Shown here in pieces: positions 49,829-61,085 of a stretch of 64,000 bases of DNA. The translations under genes and the position numbers were made by a program. The notes below the pieces were generated by a model. That model ran no database searches, was not told the origin of the DNA, and worked only from the letters and a program-made list of their open reading frames with translations. Positions within the stretch are counted from its first letter, which is position 1. Each line of letters begins with the position of its first letter. The DNA comes from an uncultured bacterium. GTDB taxonomy: Bacteria; Babelota; Babeliae; Babelales; Babelaceae. The stretch spans positions 608,001 through 672,000 of the forward strand of contig CAVRKK010000002.1 of assembly GCA_963722385.1 (NCBI GenBank). Direction: 5' to 3'.

Positions 49829-51289
49829 ATGAAAGCAATTCTTATCGCTCGCGTAAGCACGGAGGAGCAAAGGGAAGCCGGCAATTCTTTACCAGCACAA
49901 GTAGCACGTCTAGAAAAATATTGTTTGAGCAAGGGCTTTACTATTTGGAAGACCTATAGTTTTGACGAAAGTGCCTATAAAGCACAGCGTAGCGAGTTTG
50001 ATGCGATCTTGGACATGATTAATAGCCAAAAAGAGAAAATTGTTGTGTGCTGCGATAAAGTAGATCGGCTCACGCGCAATATCTTTGATAAGCGCGTATC
50101 GCTTCTCTATGAGAAAGCGTTAAACGACCAAGCTGAGCTACATTTTGTTTCTGAAGGACAGATCATAAATAGCTCTATTTCTGCGGCCACAAAATTTCAG
50201 TTTAGCATCAGTCTCGGGCTTGCAAAATATTACTCAGATGCGATTAGCGATAACGTTAAGCGAGCTACCGAGCAAAAGCTGCGTAAGGGCGAATGGATAT
50301 CTAAGGCTCCCCATGGATACGATTACGTAACATTATCTGATGGCAAAAAAGACCTCAAAATAGTAGAGCACGAGGCATACCTGGTTAAGAAGGCTTTTGA
50401 GCTTTATGCTACCGGCGCTTTTTCTCTCAATCTCTTGCTCAAAAGATTAAAGGAAGACTTTGGTGTTGTCTGGAACAAGAGCTTTCTGGGCAAGCTTTTT
50501 ATAAACCCCTTTTATTACGGCATAATGGAGATTAAAGGCAAGCAATATCCCCATAAGTACCCACCACTTATAACTAAATCACTCTATGACCAAGTACAGA
50601 AAACAAAAAGCAACTTTAATAAGCGGAAAAAGTTCAAGTATGCTGGCCTGCCTTATATTTATCGAGGGTTGCTTCGCTGTGGCGATTGCGGACTCGCCAT
50701 AACCCCAGAGAAGCACAAGGGCTTTGTTTATTACCATTGTACCCAATATTATGGCAAGCATGATGCTACCTGGTTTCGGGAAGAAAAGATAACCGAGCTA
50801 TTAGGAAGCGTATTTAAGCGCTTACAAATGTCTGACAATATCACAAACCAGATTAGTGAAGCTCTTTCTACGGATCATGCCAATAAAGCTAATTTTACTG
50901 AAAAAAGGCGTTCTGAGCTTACGACAGAGCATAAAAAATTAACCACAATGCTCGATAATCTCTACCTTGATAAACTACAAGGGAGTATTACTGAGCGCGA
51001 TTATGACAGATTTTACAGCCGACTCCGCGACCAACTCATTGAAGTTGAGTCCCATCTTGGCCAGTTAGAAGATGCAGATGAAACTTATTATAAAACTGCA
51101 AAGTGCTTACTGAAGCTCATATCCAAAGCCCACCAACTCTTTTTAAATTCGGAAATGGAAGAACGACGGTTACTTATCAAGCTCGTACTTTCGAACTTGA
51201 GGATAGAAGGAGAAAAGGTGCTCTACGACGCTAATAAGCCATTTGATTTGATCATAAATAATGAGGATCGTGTACTTTGGCGTCCCTAA
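49829..51289 (+). CDS. Large serine recombinase (integrase)
   Basis: ARVSTEEQ, ESAY, DRLTRN, P.GY, NPFYYG, zinc ribbon CGDCG..YYHC, coiled coil. Confidence 0.95.
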   Translation: MKAILIARVSTEEQREAGNSLPAQVARLEKYCLSKGFTIWKTYSFDESAYKAQRSEFDAILDMINSQKEKIVVCCDKVDRLTRNIFDKRVSLLYEKALNDQAELHFVSEGQIINSSISAATKFQFSISLGLAKYYSDAISDNVKRATEQKLRKGEWISKAPHGYDYVTLSDGKKDLKIVEHEAYLVKKAFELYATGAFSLNLLLKRLKEDFGVVWNKSFLGKLFINPFYYGIMEIKGKQYPHKYPPLITKSLYDQVQKTKSNFNKRKKFKYAGLPYIYRGLLRCGDCGLAITPEKHKGFVYYHCTQYYGKHDATWFREEKITELLGSVFKRLQMSDNITNQISEALSTDHANKANFTEKRRSELTTEHKKLTTMLDNLYLDKLQGSITERDYDRFYSRLRDQLIEVESHLGQLEDADETYYKTAKCLLKLISKAHQLFLNSEMEERRLLIKLVLSNLRIEGEKVLYDANKPFDLIINNEDRVLWRP

Positions 51290-51355
51290 GGGGATTTGAA
51301 CCCCTGTTTTCGCCGTGAAAGGGCGATGTCCTGGACCGGGCTAGACGATAGGGAC
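51278..51355 (-). tRNA. tRNA-Glu(TTC)
   Basis: GTCCCTA...TCGCC-CTTTCAC-GGCGA...GGTTCAAATCC...TAGGGACGCCA. Confidence 0.95.
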
Positions 51356-51363
51356 TTAAATTT

Positions 51364-51439
51364 TGGTGAGCCGCGTTGGATTCGAACCAACGACCCACAG
51401 CTTAAAAGGCTGTTGCTCTGCCAACTGAGCTAGCGGCTC
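51364..51439 (-). tRNA. tRNA-Lys(TTT)
   Basis: GAGCCGC...ACAGC-CTTTTAA-GCTGT...GGTTCGAATCC...GCGGCTCACCA. Confidence 0.96.
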
Positions 51440-51492
51440 GCTTTCAAGCTGTGTCAAAGAGTATGCTTATCTCCTAAAGAGACTATAGCTAA

Positions 51493-51520
51493 AGTATAGC
51501 CCTCTAGTACTTTTTGTCAA
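51493..51520 (-). promoter_or_regulatory. Sigma70 promoter for the tRNA pair
   Basis: TTGACA-16-TATACT. Confidence 0.65.
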
Positions 51521-51829
51521 TATATCTTCCGTGTAACGCGATAATAGCTCCAAGTTGCGTGCGAGACGCTTGCGGCCGAGCTTCTCTTTCCTTTCACAAA
51601 TTCTCTTTCAGACCGCTCGCTACGGCCAGCTGGTGTTTTTTGGGCTTTGGCGCTATTTCTTGAGCGGTATTGGTAAAGCTGGCCCAAAACAGCGCAAGAC
51701 AAAGTTGGTATTTGGAAACCATAGTGCCTCTCCCTTTTTAATAATGTGCCTCAAATATTCCTGCAGATTAGCCAATTTAACCAGATGTTATCGAAAGAAT
51801 TGGGCAAGCGGGGATCCCTTTCTTGCTTG

Positions 51830-52792
51830 TTACCCTAGGACATCCTTATGCATTTCAGATGGCTGACTCAAGTTAACCGGTACTGAGGTGCTATTGGCGA
51901 GCGAGGGATAGCCCATCTTTTGTCGTAATGCAGGAATAAACCTATCAATATATCGCTCAGTATCCTCAATGTCGTTGCCTAATTGTGCCCACCAGGCAAT
52001 TGCTTCAGGCGAGAGCTTGGCGTTCATGTTCTTTTGTTTTCTCCAAAGCTTTGTTTGATAAAAGTAGTCAACGCTTCTATTAATATAATGGTTGAGCCTC
52101 AACTCGTCCTTTCCCACTTTAACGCCTGGCTTTCCATTCGTGTAGACACATTGATGGCATGGCCATGAAAACTTCTCAAAGAGCTCTGGTTTAAGAATAG
52201 TTTTGAAAACATCAGTATTCATGCGGTTATCAGGCAAGGCAACCATATGCAGCGCCTCTATCATCAAGGTATCAACGGGAAGTTTTTGAATATTAGCAGT
52301 TCCGTAGATATGCCAATATACGTGCACACCAGGTGCTTCATCGTAAGCGGCTAAAACTTCTTGAACGGAGGCAGCTTTTGTTGGAACAAGATACTCATCA
52401 ATATCAATAAACCCAAGCCATTTCGCCTCTTGGCGAGCAGTCTCGCATGCGTGCTGATAGGCGGCTGCCTGCGTATATGTCGAAAAGGGGTATAGCGAGG
52501 TTGAATCAGGAGGTACGCGGGTAGGCCAATCGACAAGCGTAATAATCCCTTGGTCAATATAAGGGGTAAGTATTGTCATGAAGTCATCAGTGCTTATATT
52601 ATTATAAAGGTAGAAGTGCTCTACGCCGACCACAAGATGATACTCGATCCATAGCTTAAGATAAAGCGCTTCGTCCTTAAAAATGCTTGCGACGGCCAAT
52701 TGGTACTTTTTAGGCTGCGCTACCGTTTCTTCAGAAGAATTGATAAAGCCAGCCCAAAAGAATGCAAGGCAAATCGCGTATTTGGAAATCAT
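51830..52792 (-). CDS. GT92/DUF23-type glycosyltransferase with signal peptide
   Basis: IFKDEA.YL..WIEYH..GVEHFYLYNN.STD, Q..AY..C, WLGFIDIDEY, LNHY. Confidence 0.87.
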   Translation of the reverse strand: MISKYAICLAFFWAGFINSSEETVAQPKKYQLAVASIFKDEALYLKLWIEYHLVVGVEHFYLYNNISTDDFMTILTPYIDQGIITLVDWPTRVPPDSTSLYPFSTYTQAAAYQHACETARQEAKWLGFIDIDEYLVPTKAASVQEVLAAYDEAPGVHVYWHIYGTANIQKLPVDTLMIEALHMVALPDNRMNTDVFKTILKPELFEKFSWPCHQCVYTNGKPGVKVGKDELRLNHYINRSVDYFYQTKLWRKQKNMNAKLSPEAIAWWAQLGNDIEDTERYIDRFIPALRQKMGYPSLANSTSVPVNLSQPSEMHKDVLG

Positions 52793-52871
52793 AATGCTCT
52801 CCCCTTTATATAGTGAGCTTGACGCAAAGTATTCTGGAAACTTACGGTTACCATTCCTATATACTTATTGA

Positions 52872-54711
<1,840 letters not shown>

Positions 54712-54715
<4 letters not shown>

Positions 54716-56307
54716 CTAAAAAAGCGCTGGGCCACATTCTCGGTGGGTCGTTGAGCGAAGGTTTTGCGATGCGGATTAGTCCGCACGTTGACATGGAAGA
54801 ACTTAAGACGGGAAAATTTGTTGCTATTGAAACGCCAGAAGGCAAATTTTTTTCGCTTATTACCGATCTTAAGCTTGAAGTGAGTAACCCTGATATTTTG
54901 CTGTTTCCTCCGCAAGAAAGCGAAAAGCTCTTAAAGAATTTTTTACCACTCAAAGATATCTACGCAACAGCGTCATTGCGACCACTCTTGTCCCTTAATA
55001 ATCATAAAAAGCCAGCACCGGTCAAGACTATTCCGCGCCATTTTGCGCCAGTACATGAGGTAGATAGTGCAGACGTAGCGCTTATTTTTGGCGATGAGCA
55101 TGAGGCGAATCGTCGCTACTTTAATATCGGCAATCCGCTTGATATGGAGGCACCTGTCTGTATTAATTTAGAAAAATTGACGGAGCGGAGCACGGGTGTT
55201 TTCGGAAAAACGGGCACGGGCAAAACATTTATAACGCGGCTTTTGTTGGCTGGGCTTATCCATAATGATAAAGCAGTGACGCTTATTTTTGATATGCACA
55301 GCGAGTATGGCCTACAGGCGCGCAAAGAGTCATCGACTGAGTCGTTTGTCAAAGGATTGAAAACACTTTTTGGCAGCAAGATAGCGCTCTTTTCGCTCGA
55401 CCCTGCCTCAACCAGGAGACGCGGCGGATCGCCTGATGTGGTATTGACGCTCAGTTACCAATCGGTAGCGGTCGAAGATATTATCGCGCTCCAGGACGAG
55501 CTTAACTTGCATCCTACAGCCTGCGAAGCCGCCCATTTGATAGCTGCTAAATATAAGCGCGACTGGCTTGCTATTTTATTGAGCCAGGGCGATCGGTTAA
55601 AGGAATTCGCTCAAGAGGTCGGCGGTCATCCCGAGTCAATCGCTGCCTTATATAGAAAATTACGGCACGTAGAGCGTTTGCCTTTCTTTACTCCTGATGC
55701 GAAAGACGACGTTTTTGAGACCATGCTTGAGTATATTAGTAAAGGCATTTCTATAATCATAGAGTTTGGTAACTTCACGTCGACTTTTTGCTATCTTTTG
55801 CTTGCCAACATTATAACCCGGCGGATACATACCCTTTATACCCAAAAGACGGAAAAATTTCTGGGCTCACATGCGCCCCAGGATGAGCCAAAAAAGCTGA
55901 TGATTGTTATTGAAGAAGCGCACAAGTTTCTAAACCCGACTGCCGCGCGCCAAACAATTTTCTCTATTATTGCGCGCGAAATGCGCAAATATTACGTGTC
56001 TCTGTTAATTGTTGACCAACGGCCTTCTGGTATAGATGCTGAAGTTCTTTCGCAGCTCGGTACCAAAATTATTGCACAGCTTAATGACGACCGTGACATT
56101 CAGGCGGTATTAACAGGCGTTAGCAATGCTTCGCAATTACGGGCGGTTTTGGCCTCACTGGAAAGCAAAAAGCAAGCGCTTGTTTTGGGGCACGCTTTGG
56201 CGATGCCCATTGTTATTGAGACACGCGCCTATGATGAAGAATTTTATAAAGCACTGACGGTCTATGAGCACCGAAGCGTGAATCACCTTATCAACGAGCT
56301 TTTTTAA
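54712..56307 (+). CDS. HerA/FtsK-family ATPase with HAS-barrel-like N-terminus
   Basis: GKTGTGKT, FDMHSEY, IEEAHKFL, AREMRKY, DQRPS. Confidence 0.88.
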
Positions 56308-56318
56308 GTAGGAACTTT

Positions 56319-57095
56319 ATGGATCTAAAACATCGCCTCATGACAACGACTATTAAGGCACCGTGTTTTTATTATTCGTATGCTGATATACACCATACGC
56401 TTAAGCCTGATGCTGCGGAATTGATCAAGCAAGCCGAGAAGTATATTGAGCAGCAAGCGATACCACAAGCAACTGAGTGTTACAAGAAAGCACTTGAGAA
56501 AAATGGGAGCTCGCCCTTTTTGACGCTCAATTACGGTACCATCTTAGCTGAGCAAGGATTGGTTAATGAAGGAATCGAGGAATTGCGATCGATTGCTGAT
56601 CAAAATCAGGTTGGCAGCAGTGCTGCGTGTTATAACATTGGTACCGTTCTTCTGGGTCACCGAATGCTTAAGCCAGCACTAGAGTACCTCGAAAAGGCCT
56701 ATGAGCTTGATCCTCGCAATGTAAACATTAGTAATAATTTGGGGCTTGCCTCACTCTATGCTAAGCACGAGGATAAGGCGCGTTATTATTTTTTGAAGAC
56801 GCTCGACGAGCGTCCCGATTATGAATACGGAGCCCACAACCTTGGTTGCATTGCCTATGAGCATGATGATTTTGTAAAAGCTATTGAGTGGTTTGAAAAG
56901 GCGCGCACTATTAACCCTGCTAATTTTGCTACGCTCAACAATTTAGCATGTGCGCTGTTTCTTAATGACCAAGCAAAACAAGCACTGCCGCTGCTCTACG
57001 AGTGCATCAAAAATAATCCGTATTATCGCATGCCATATTACAATCTTGGCTTTATAGTTTATGAGAAGAAGTTGCTTGATATTGCCCAGGCTTGA
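56319..57095 (+). CDS. TPR repeat protein
   Basis: Repeated NLG...A...F.KA.....P units. Confidence 0.88.
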   Translation: MDLKHRLMTTTIKAPCFYYSYADIHHTLKPDAAELIKQAEKYIEQQAIPQATECYKKALEKNGSSPFLTLNYGTILAEQGLVNEGIEELRSIADQNQVGSSAACYNIGTVLLGHRMLKPALEYLEKAYELDPRNVNISNNLGLASLYAKHEDKARYYFLKTLDERPDYEYGAHNLGCIAYEHDDFVKAIEWFEKARTINPANFATLNNLACALFLNDQAKQALPLLYECIKNNPYYRMPYYNLGFIVYEKKLLDIAQA

Positions 57096-57205
57096 CAATG
57101 CGGGAAAGGGTTGTTACGCTCAGGTGTGTCAGGTATTGAGCATGCTAGCAAAGATTATTGTAGTGTCCCTAAAGAACAATACGTAAAGTATTGTTCACCC
57201 CCTAA

Positions 57206-57243
57206 CCCTTCAGCTTGATTAAGTTGAAGGGCTTTTTATTTTT
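57206..57243 (+). terminator. Rho-independent terminator
   Basis: CCCTTCAGCTT-N4-AAGTTGAAGGG followed by CTTTTTATTTT. Confidence 0.75.
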
Positions 57244-57440
57244 GACGATTTAATTTCGACGGTGTTCTCATCATTGCTGTAGGCGCAGACCTCGAGGTCA
57301 AGGTCATGAAGGATTGCGGTAACTAGAAGTTCGTCTGGCAACGTATATCCGAAGCTAAAAGGGTTACGTGCTTTTTGGCTGGCAGCCTGCACTGTCATTG
57401 ATGCTAAAAGCGCACCAAACAAAATAAGCAAATTTAGCAT
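57219..57440 (-). CDS. Small secreted protein, possibly PilP-like
   Basis: Signal peptide, RNPF motif, overlaps upstream gene. Confidence 0.55.
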   Translation of the reverse strand: MLNLLILFGALLASMTVQAASQKARNPFSFGYTLPDELLVTAILHDLDLEVCAYSNDENTVEIKSSKIKSPST

Positions 57441-57988
57441 ATTGAACCTTTCTCGCCTATAACATCGATAGGGGCGTCATAGGTAAGGTGGAAAGTGGCC
57501 TCAAGCAAAGTGTCATGCTGCCGAATTATCGAGCATGCTTCAAGGGCAAGCGGGTGTACTGATTGATTGAGCTGAGTAATAAATTTGAGCAATGTTGGAA
57601 AATCGCCGTGCACACTGATTTCGATACTTGGGGCTGGTTCAGGAAGCATCCCACATTTCTCAACAATCAAGCCTACCTGTGTAGCTTTTTGCATCACCCA
57701 TGCAAAGGGAGAAAAATCTGGTGAAGGCTTGCCCGTCAGCTTTTCTAAATTTGCCGTAAGTGTCTGAACGTCATGCTCGTAAAAGCTTGAGTCAAGGTGA
57801 ATGCTCTTTGCATGATTCAGTACAGTAATAAGCGGCTTGAGTCTATATGACCACCAAAACGTTGTTATCGCAATCAGGAGTACAGCTGTCATGGCATAAC
57901 GGCGTGTCGGCGACCATGCCATAACCTCGTAAAAAGCTTGTGAAAAAAAGCGCATACACTTACCTGTTAGAAACCGAGCTTGGTCCAC
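57434..57988 (-). CDS. PilO/GspM-like membrane protein
   Basis: Single TM helix, ISVHGDFPTLLKFITQL; true start may be 57955. Confidence 0.6.
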   Translation of the reverse strand: MDQARFLTGKCMRFFSQAFYEVMAWSPTRRYAMTAVLLIAITTFWWSYRLKPLITVLNHAKSIHLDSSFYEHDVQTLTANLEKLTGKPSPDFSPFAWVMQKATQVGLIVEKCGMLPEPAPSIEISVHGDFPTLLKFITQLNQSVHPLALEACSIIRQHDTLLEATFHLTYDAPIDVIGEKGSIC

Positions 57989-59175
57989 TCCATGGGGTCA
58001 ACCTGCATATTATCACCTATACGGATTTCCCAGTGAAGGTGATAACCACTGGCATAACCAGTTTTACCGAGCTTACCAATTGGGTTGCCCTTTTCAACCA
58101 TATCACCCACTTCGAGCGGAGCAAAAGAATCGAGATGAAAGAAGAGCGATAGAACGCCACAGCCATGATCGAGGACAACGGTATTGCCACTGTGAGCGTA
58201 GCGCTCCTTTATAACAACTTTGCCATTTTGTGGTGCCCATATCACGGATCGTGGAACGCCAAGAAGATCGACAGCGTTGTGGCGATACTTGCCGCGGTCC
58301 TGGGTAAGGCGCATGGTGCCATATTCGGTGGAGATGCCGCGCATTTCTAGAGGTATGTCAAAAGGACCACGCCATAATTTACGCGAGATTGAATTGCGAG
58401 AGGCTTCTTCAAGGTCTTTTTCGAGCTCTCTTTCTGAAAGACCTTGTTCAATCTCTTCTTTTATTTTATCAGGGTTTATGGTGAGTACTTGCTTTTTGAA
58501 TGGGTACATAACGACATGGAATTTATTTTCAAGCACGGCGCGATTGCCAACGTAATCGCTTAACGCAATACGTAATAGGTGTTCATTAGGTGCTTCCTCG
58601 CAGCTGATAGGGAAAAAGCATTCATAAATAAGCGAGCCATCAGATTCTGGGTAGCAGGGGTACTTTTTAGACAGGGCTTCAATGGTGGCATCTTTAAGCT
58701 CTTTATTAACTTGGAACTGTATATGTAATGTCCTGCCTTGAAATACCCGGCAATTGTTATCGGCTTTTACAAAAGCAGCTTGTAGCGGTGCGTTATCGAT
58801 GTAAAAGTTAATTTCTTTAACGGTTTCGTTTTTGTTGCGGGAGCCATCGACGGCGCTTATTTTGAGCGTATGCTTGCCCGGTGTTAATGAGCTTGTTGTA
58901 ATGGTAAAGCCGTAGTCAAACACCTTGCGGTTTATTTTATAGTGATTTATTAACGGTTTGTCATCGAGCCAAATCGAGATATCGGCCACCGTATTCTTGT
59001 CTTTTCCTGTTATGGTACAAGCGATATCGCCGGCGTAATAGCATTGGTCTTCGATGCCTGTCAAGTTTATCTCGGGAGGATAGGTATCAAGCGCTGATCG
59101 CGCGTAATAAATGCCACCTGCCGTGAGAACGAAAATAATGGGTAAAAAAATAAACGTGCGGAGTCGCGCTGTCAT
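57967..59175 (-). CDS. M23 family peptidase with Ig-like domain
   Basis: HNAVD, GNTVVLDHG, HLHWE. Confidence 0.9.
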   Translation of the reverse strand: MTARLRTFIFLPIIFVLTAGGIYYARSALDTYPPEINLTGIEDQCYYAGDIACTITGKDKNTVADISIWLDDKPLINHYKINRKVFDYGFTITTSSLTPGKHTLKISAVDGSRNKNETVKEINFYIDNAPLQAAFVKADNNCRVFQGRTLHIQFQVNKELKDATIEALSKKYPCYPESDGSLIYECFFPISCEEAPNEHLLRIALSDYVGNRAVLENKFHVVMYPFKKQVLTINPDKIKEEIEQGLSERELEKDLEEASRNSISRKLWRGPFDIPLEMRGISTEYGTMRLTQDRGKYRHNAVDLLGVPRSVIWAPQNGKVVIKERYAHSGNTVVLDHGCGVLSLFFHLDSFAPLEVGDMVEKGNPIGKLGKTGYASGYHLHWEIRIGDNMQVDPMEWTKLGF

Positions 59176-59422
59176 GACCGCCTCTTTCAAACCAAGTCAG
59201 ATAAATACATATCAATAATAGCGTTTTTTAGGCATAACGCAACCGAAATTAAGTTGTCTACGAAGGCGACTCTGGCTCATAAGGTATGTCGCGGTTTGAT
59301 AAATCTGTGAGTCATGTATAAGATTTGTCAAGCTCAACTGCGCGATTCTGACAACCTGTCAATATTTTGCTAGACTATAGAGTAATTATCTCGAATTTTA
59401 GTTGCTTAGGATGGGGATAGCT

Positions 59423-60676
59423 ATGCTTGAGTTATACCATGATGATCCGCTTATAGCCCAGCTTATTAATGCTGAAGAGCAGCGCCAGGAAGCCGAAATT
59501 AATCTTATAGCATCGGAAAACTATGCTCCAGCGAGCATAAGGGAGCTGATGGCTTCGGTACTCACCAATAAGTATGCCGAGGGGTATCCTGGCAAGCGGT
59601 ATTATGCAGGTTGTAATATTGTCGATGAAGTCGAAGCTTTGGCCATTGAGCGTTGCAAGAAGCTCTTTGATGCCGAGCATGCTAATGTGCAGCCCCATTC
59701 GGGCACGCAGGCCAACATGGCATTATATGCCGCTTTGCTCAAGCCTGGTGACATTATCATGGGCATGGATCTTGCTTCCGGCGGTCATCTTACGCATGGG
59801 CATTTAGTTAATTTTTCTGGCATTTTATATAAAAGCGTATCGTACCATGTTGACCAACATACGGAGCTTCTTGATTACGAGGCGATTAGCCGGCTTGCTG
59901 AGCAGCACAAGCCTAAATTAATTATAGCTGGTGCTTCTGCGTATTCGCGTATTATCGAGTTTGACAAGTTCGCAGCGATAGCGCAAAGTATTGGCGCGTT
60001 TTTTGTTGCTGATATTGCGCATATTGCTGGGCTCGTTGCGGCAAGATTACATCCAAGCCCTATTGGCTGTGCTGATATAGTCTCTGGCACCACCCATAAA
60101 ACACTGCGAGGGCCGCGTGGCGGGTTTCTTTTGAGCAAGGCGTTTTATAAAGAGCGCCTAGATCGCAGCGTAATTCCTGGCATTCAAGGGGGCCCGCTTA
60201 TGCATGTTATTGCTGCTAAAGCGGCGGCGTTTCAGGTTGCCAGTAATCCTGATTTTATTGCTTATCAACAGCAAGTAGTTTCCAATGCGAGGTTGATGGC
60301 CGACGTATTACAAGGCAGGGGCTATCGTATTGTTTCAGGTGGTACTGATAATCATCTCTTCGTGCTCGATCTGCGCAATCGCGGGCTAACCGGCCTTCAA
60401 GCGGAGCAGTTGCTTGGTCAAGCGGGTATTACGGTTAGTCGCAGTTGTATACCCTTTGACTCGGAGCGGCCGTGGGTAACAAGCGGTATTCGTTTAGGCA
60501 CCGCTGCGGTTACTACCCGTGGCTTTGGGCCCGAGCAGGTGGGCATTATTGCTGAGTGGGTGGATGAGGTGCTGAGCCAGCCCGGCAATGAGGTGCTTAG
60601 GCAACGTGTGCGTGAAAAGAGCAAACAGCTTTGTGCTGCTTTTCCTGTATATCGGGATCGAGCGCGGGTAAGGTGA
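59423..60676 (+). CDS. glyA: Serine hydroxymethyltransferase
   Basis: LIASEN, NKYAEGYPGKRYY, GGHLTHG, TTHKTLRGPRGG. Confidence 0.97.
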   Translation: MLELYHDDPLIAQLINAEEQRQEAEINLIASENYAPASIRELMASVLTNKYAEGYPGKRYYAGCNIVDEVEALAIERCKKLFDAEHANVQPHSGTQANMALYAALLKPGDIIMGMDLASGGHLTHGHLVNFSGILYKSVSYHVDQHTELLDYEAISRLAEQHKPKLIIAGASAYSRIIEFDKFAAIAQSIGAFFVADIAHIAGLVAARLHPSPIGCADIVSGTTHKTLRGPRGGFLLSKAFYKERLDRSVIPGIQGGPLMHVIAAKAAAFQVASNPDFIAYQQQVVSNARLMADVLQGRGYRIVSGGTDNHLFVLDLRNRGLTGLQAEQLLGQAGITVSRSCIPFDSERPWVTSGIRLGTAAVTTRGFGPEQVGIIAEWVDEVLSQPGNEVLRQRVREKSKQLCAAFPVYRDRARVR

Positions 60677-61020
60677 ATATCGCCTCCGCGGCTAGCGCGA
60701 CTACGCGTCGAGCGGCAGGGCGGCGGCCCTGCACCCGTTGCCTAATTTATTTTTCTCTACATGCCTGTCTTTTATATTTCTTTCCATGCTATAAGCATGC
60801 GTGGCGCATGCTTATAGCTATCGCAATTCTCCTAACGGAGAATAGAAAAATATGGGTTTTTTATCATGGAGCGTAGCGCACATGATAAATGGCGTAAGTT
60901 ATCGTACGCTTTGGCGTACGATAACTACTCACCAAGCCTATAAGCACTAAGCATAAACGCTATGGGGATTGTTAAGGGACGATGTCCCTTAACCGCTAGC
61001 CGCGCAGGCGATTAGATTCA
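60674..61020. repeat. REP/MITE-like element, full copy B with terminal inverted repeats
   Basis: Left TGAATATCGCCTCCGCGGCTAGCG vs right CGCTAGCCGCGCAGGCGATTAGATTCA; at least five internal hairpins. Confidence 0.7.
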
Positions 61021-61085
61021 ATTTGCTGCATTAGTGTGCCTGACTTTACTGGCTTACGCAGGCGATTAGATTCGTTGCTCTTAAG

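Larger units (their letters stand above)
39392..51284. mobile_element. Integrative element at the tRNA-Glu 3' end (large serine recombinase, Rep, TA modules, cargo)
   Basis: Core TTTGGCGTC at 39392-39400 and 51276-51284; recombinase runs into the tRNA; Rep and TA genes; AT-richer cargo. Confidence 0.82.

Noticed and set aside
39392..51284. Prophage
   Set aside because: No capsid, terminase, tail or Zot-like genes recognised
51530..51720. GC-rich stretch upstream of the tRNAs as a further repeat copy
   Set aside because: Could not align it convincingly to the 60674 family
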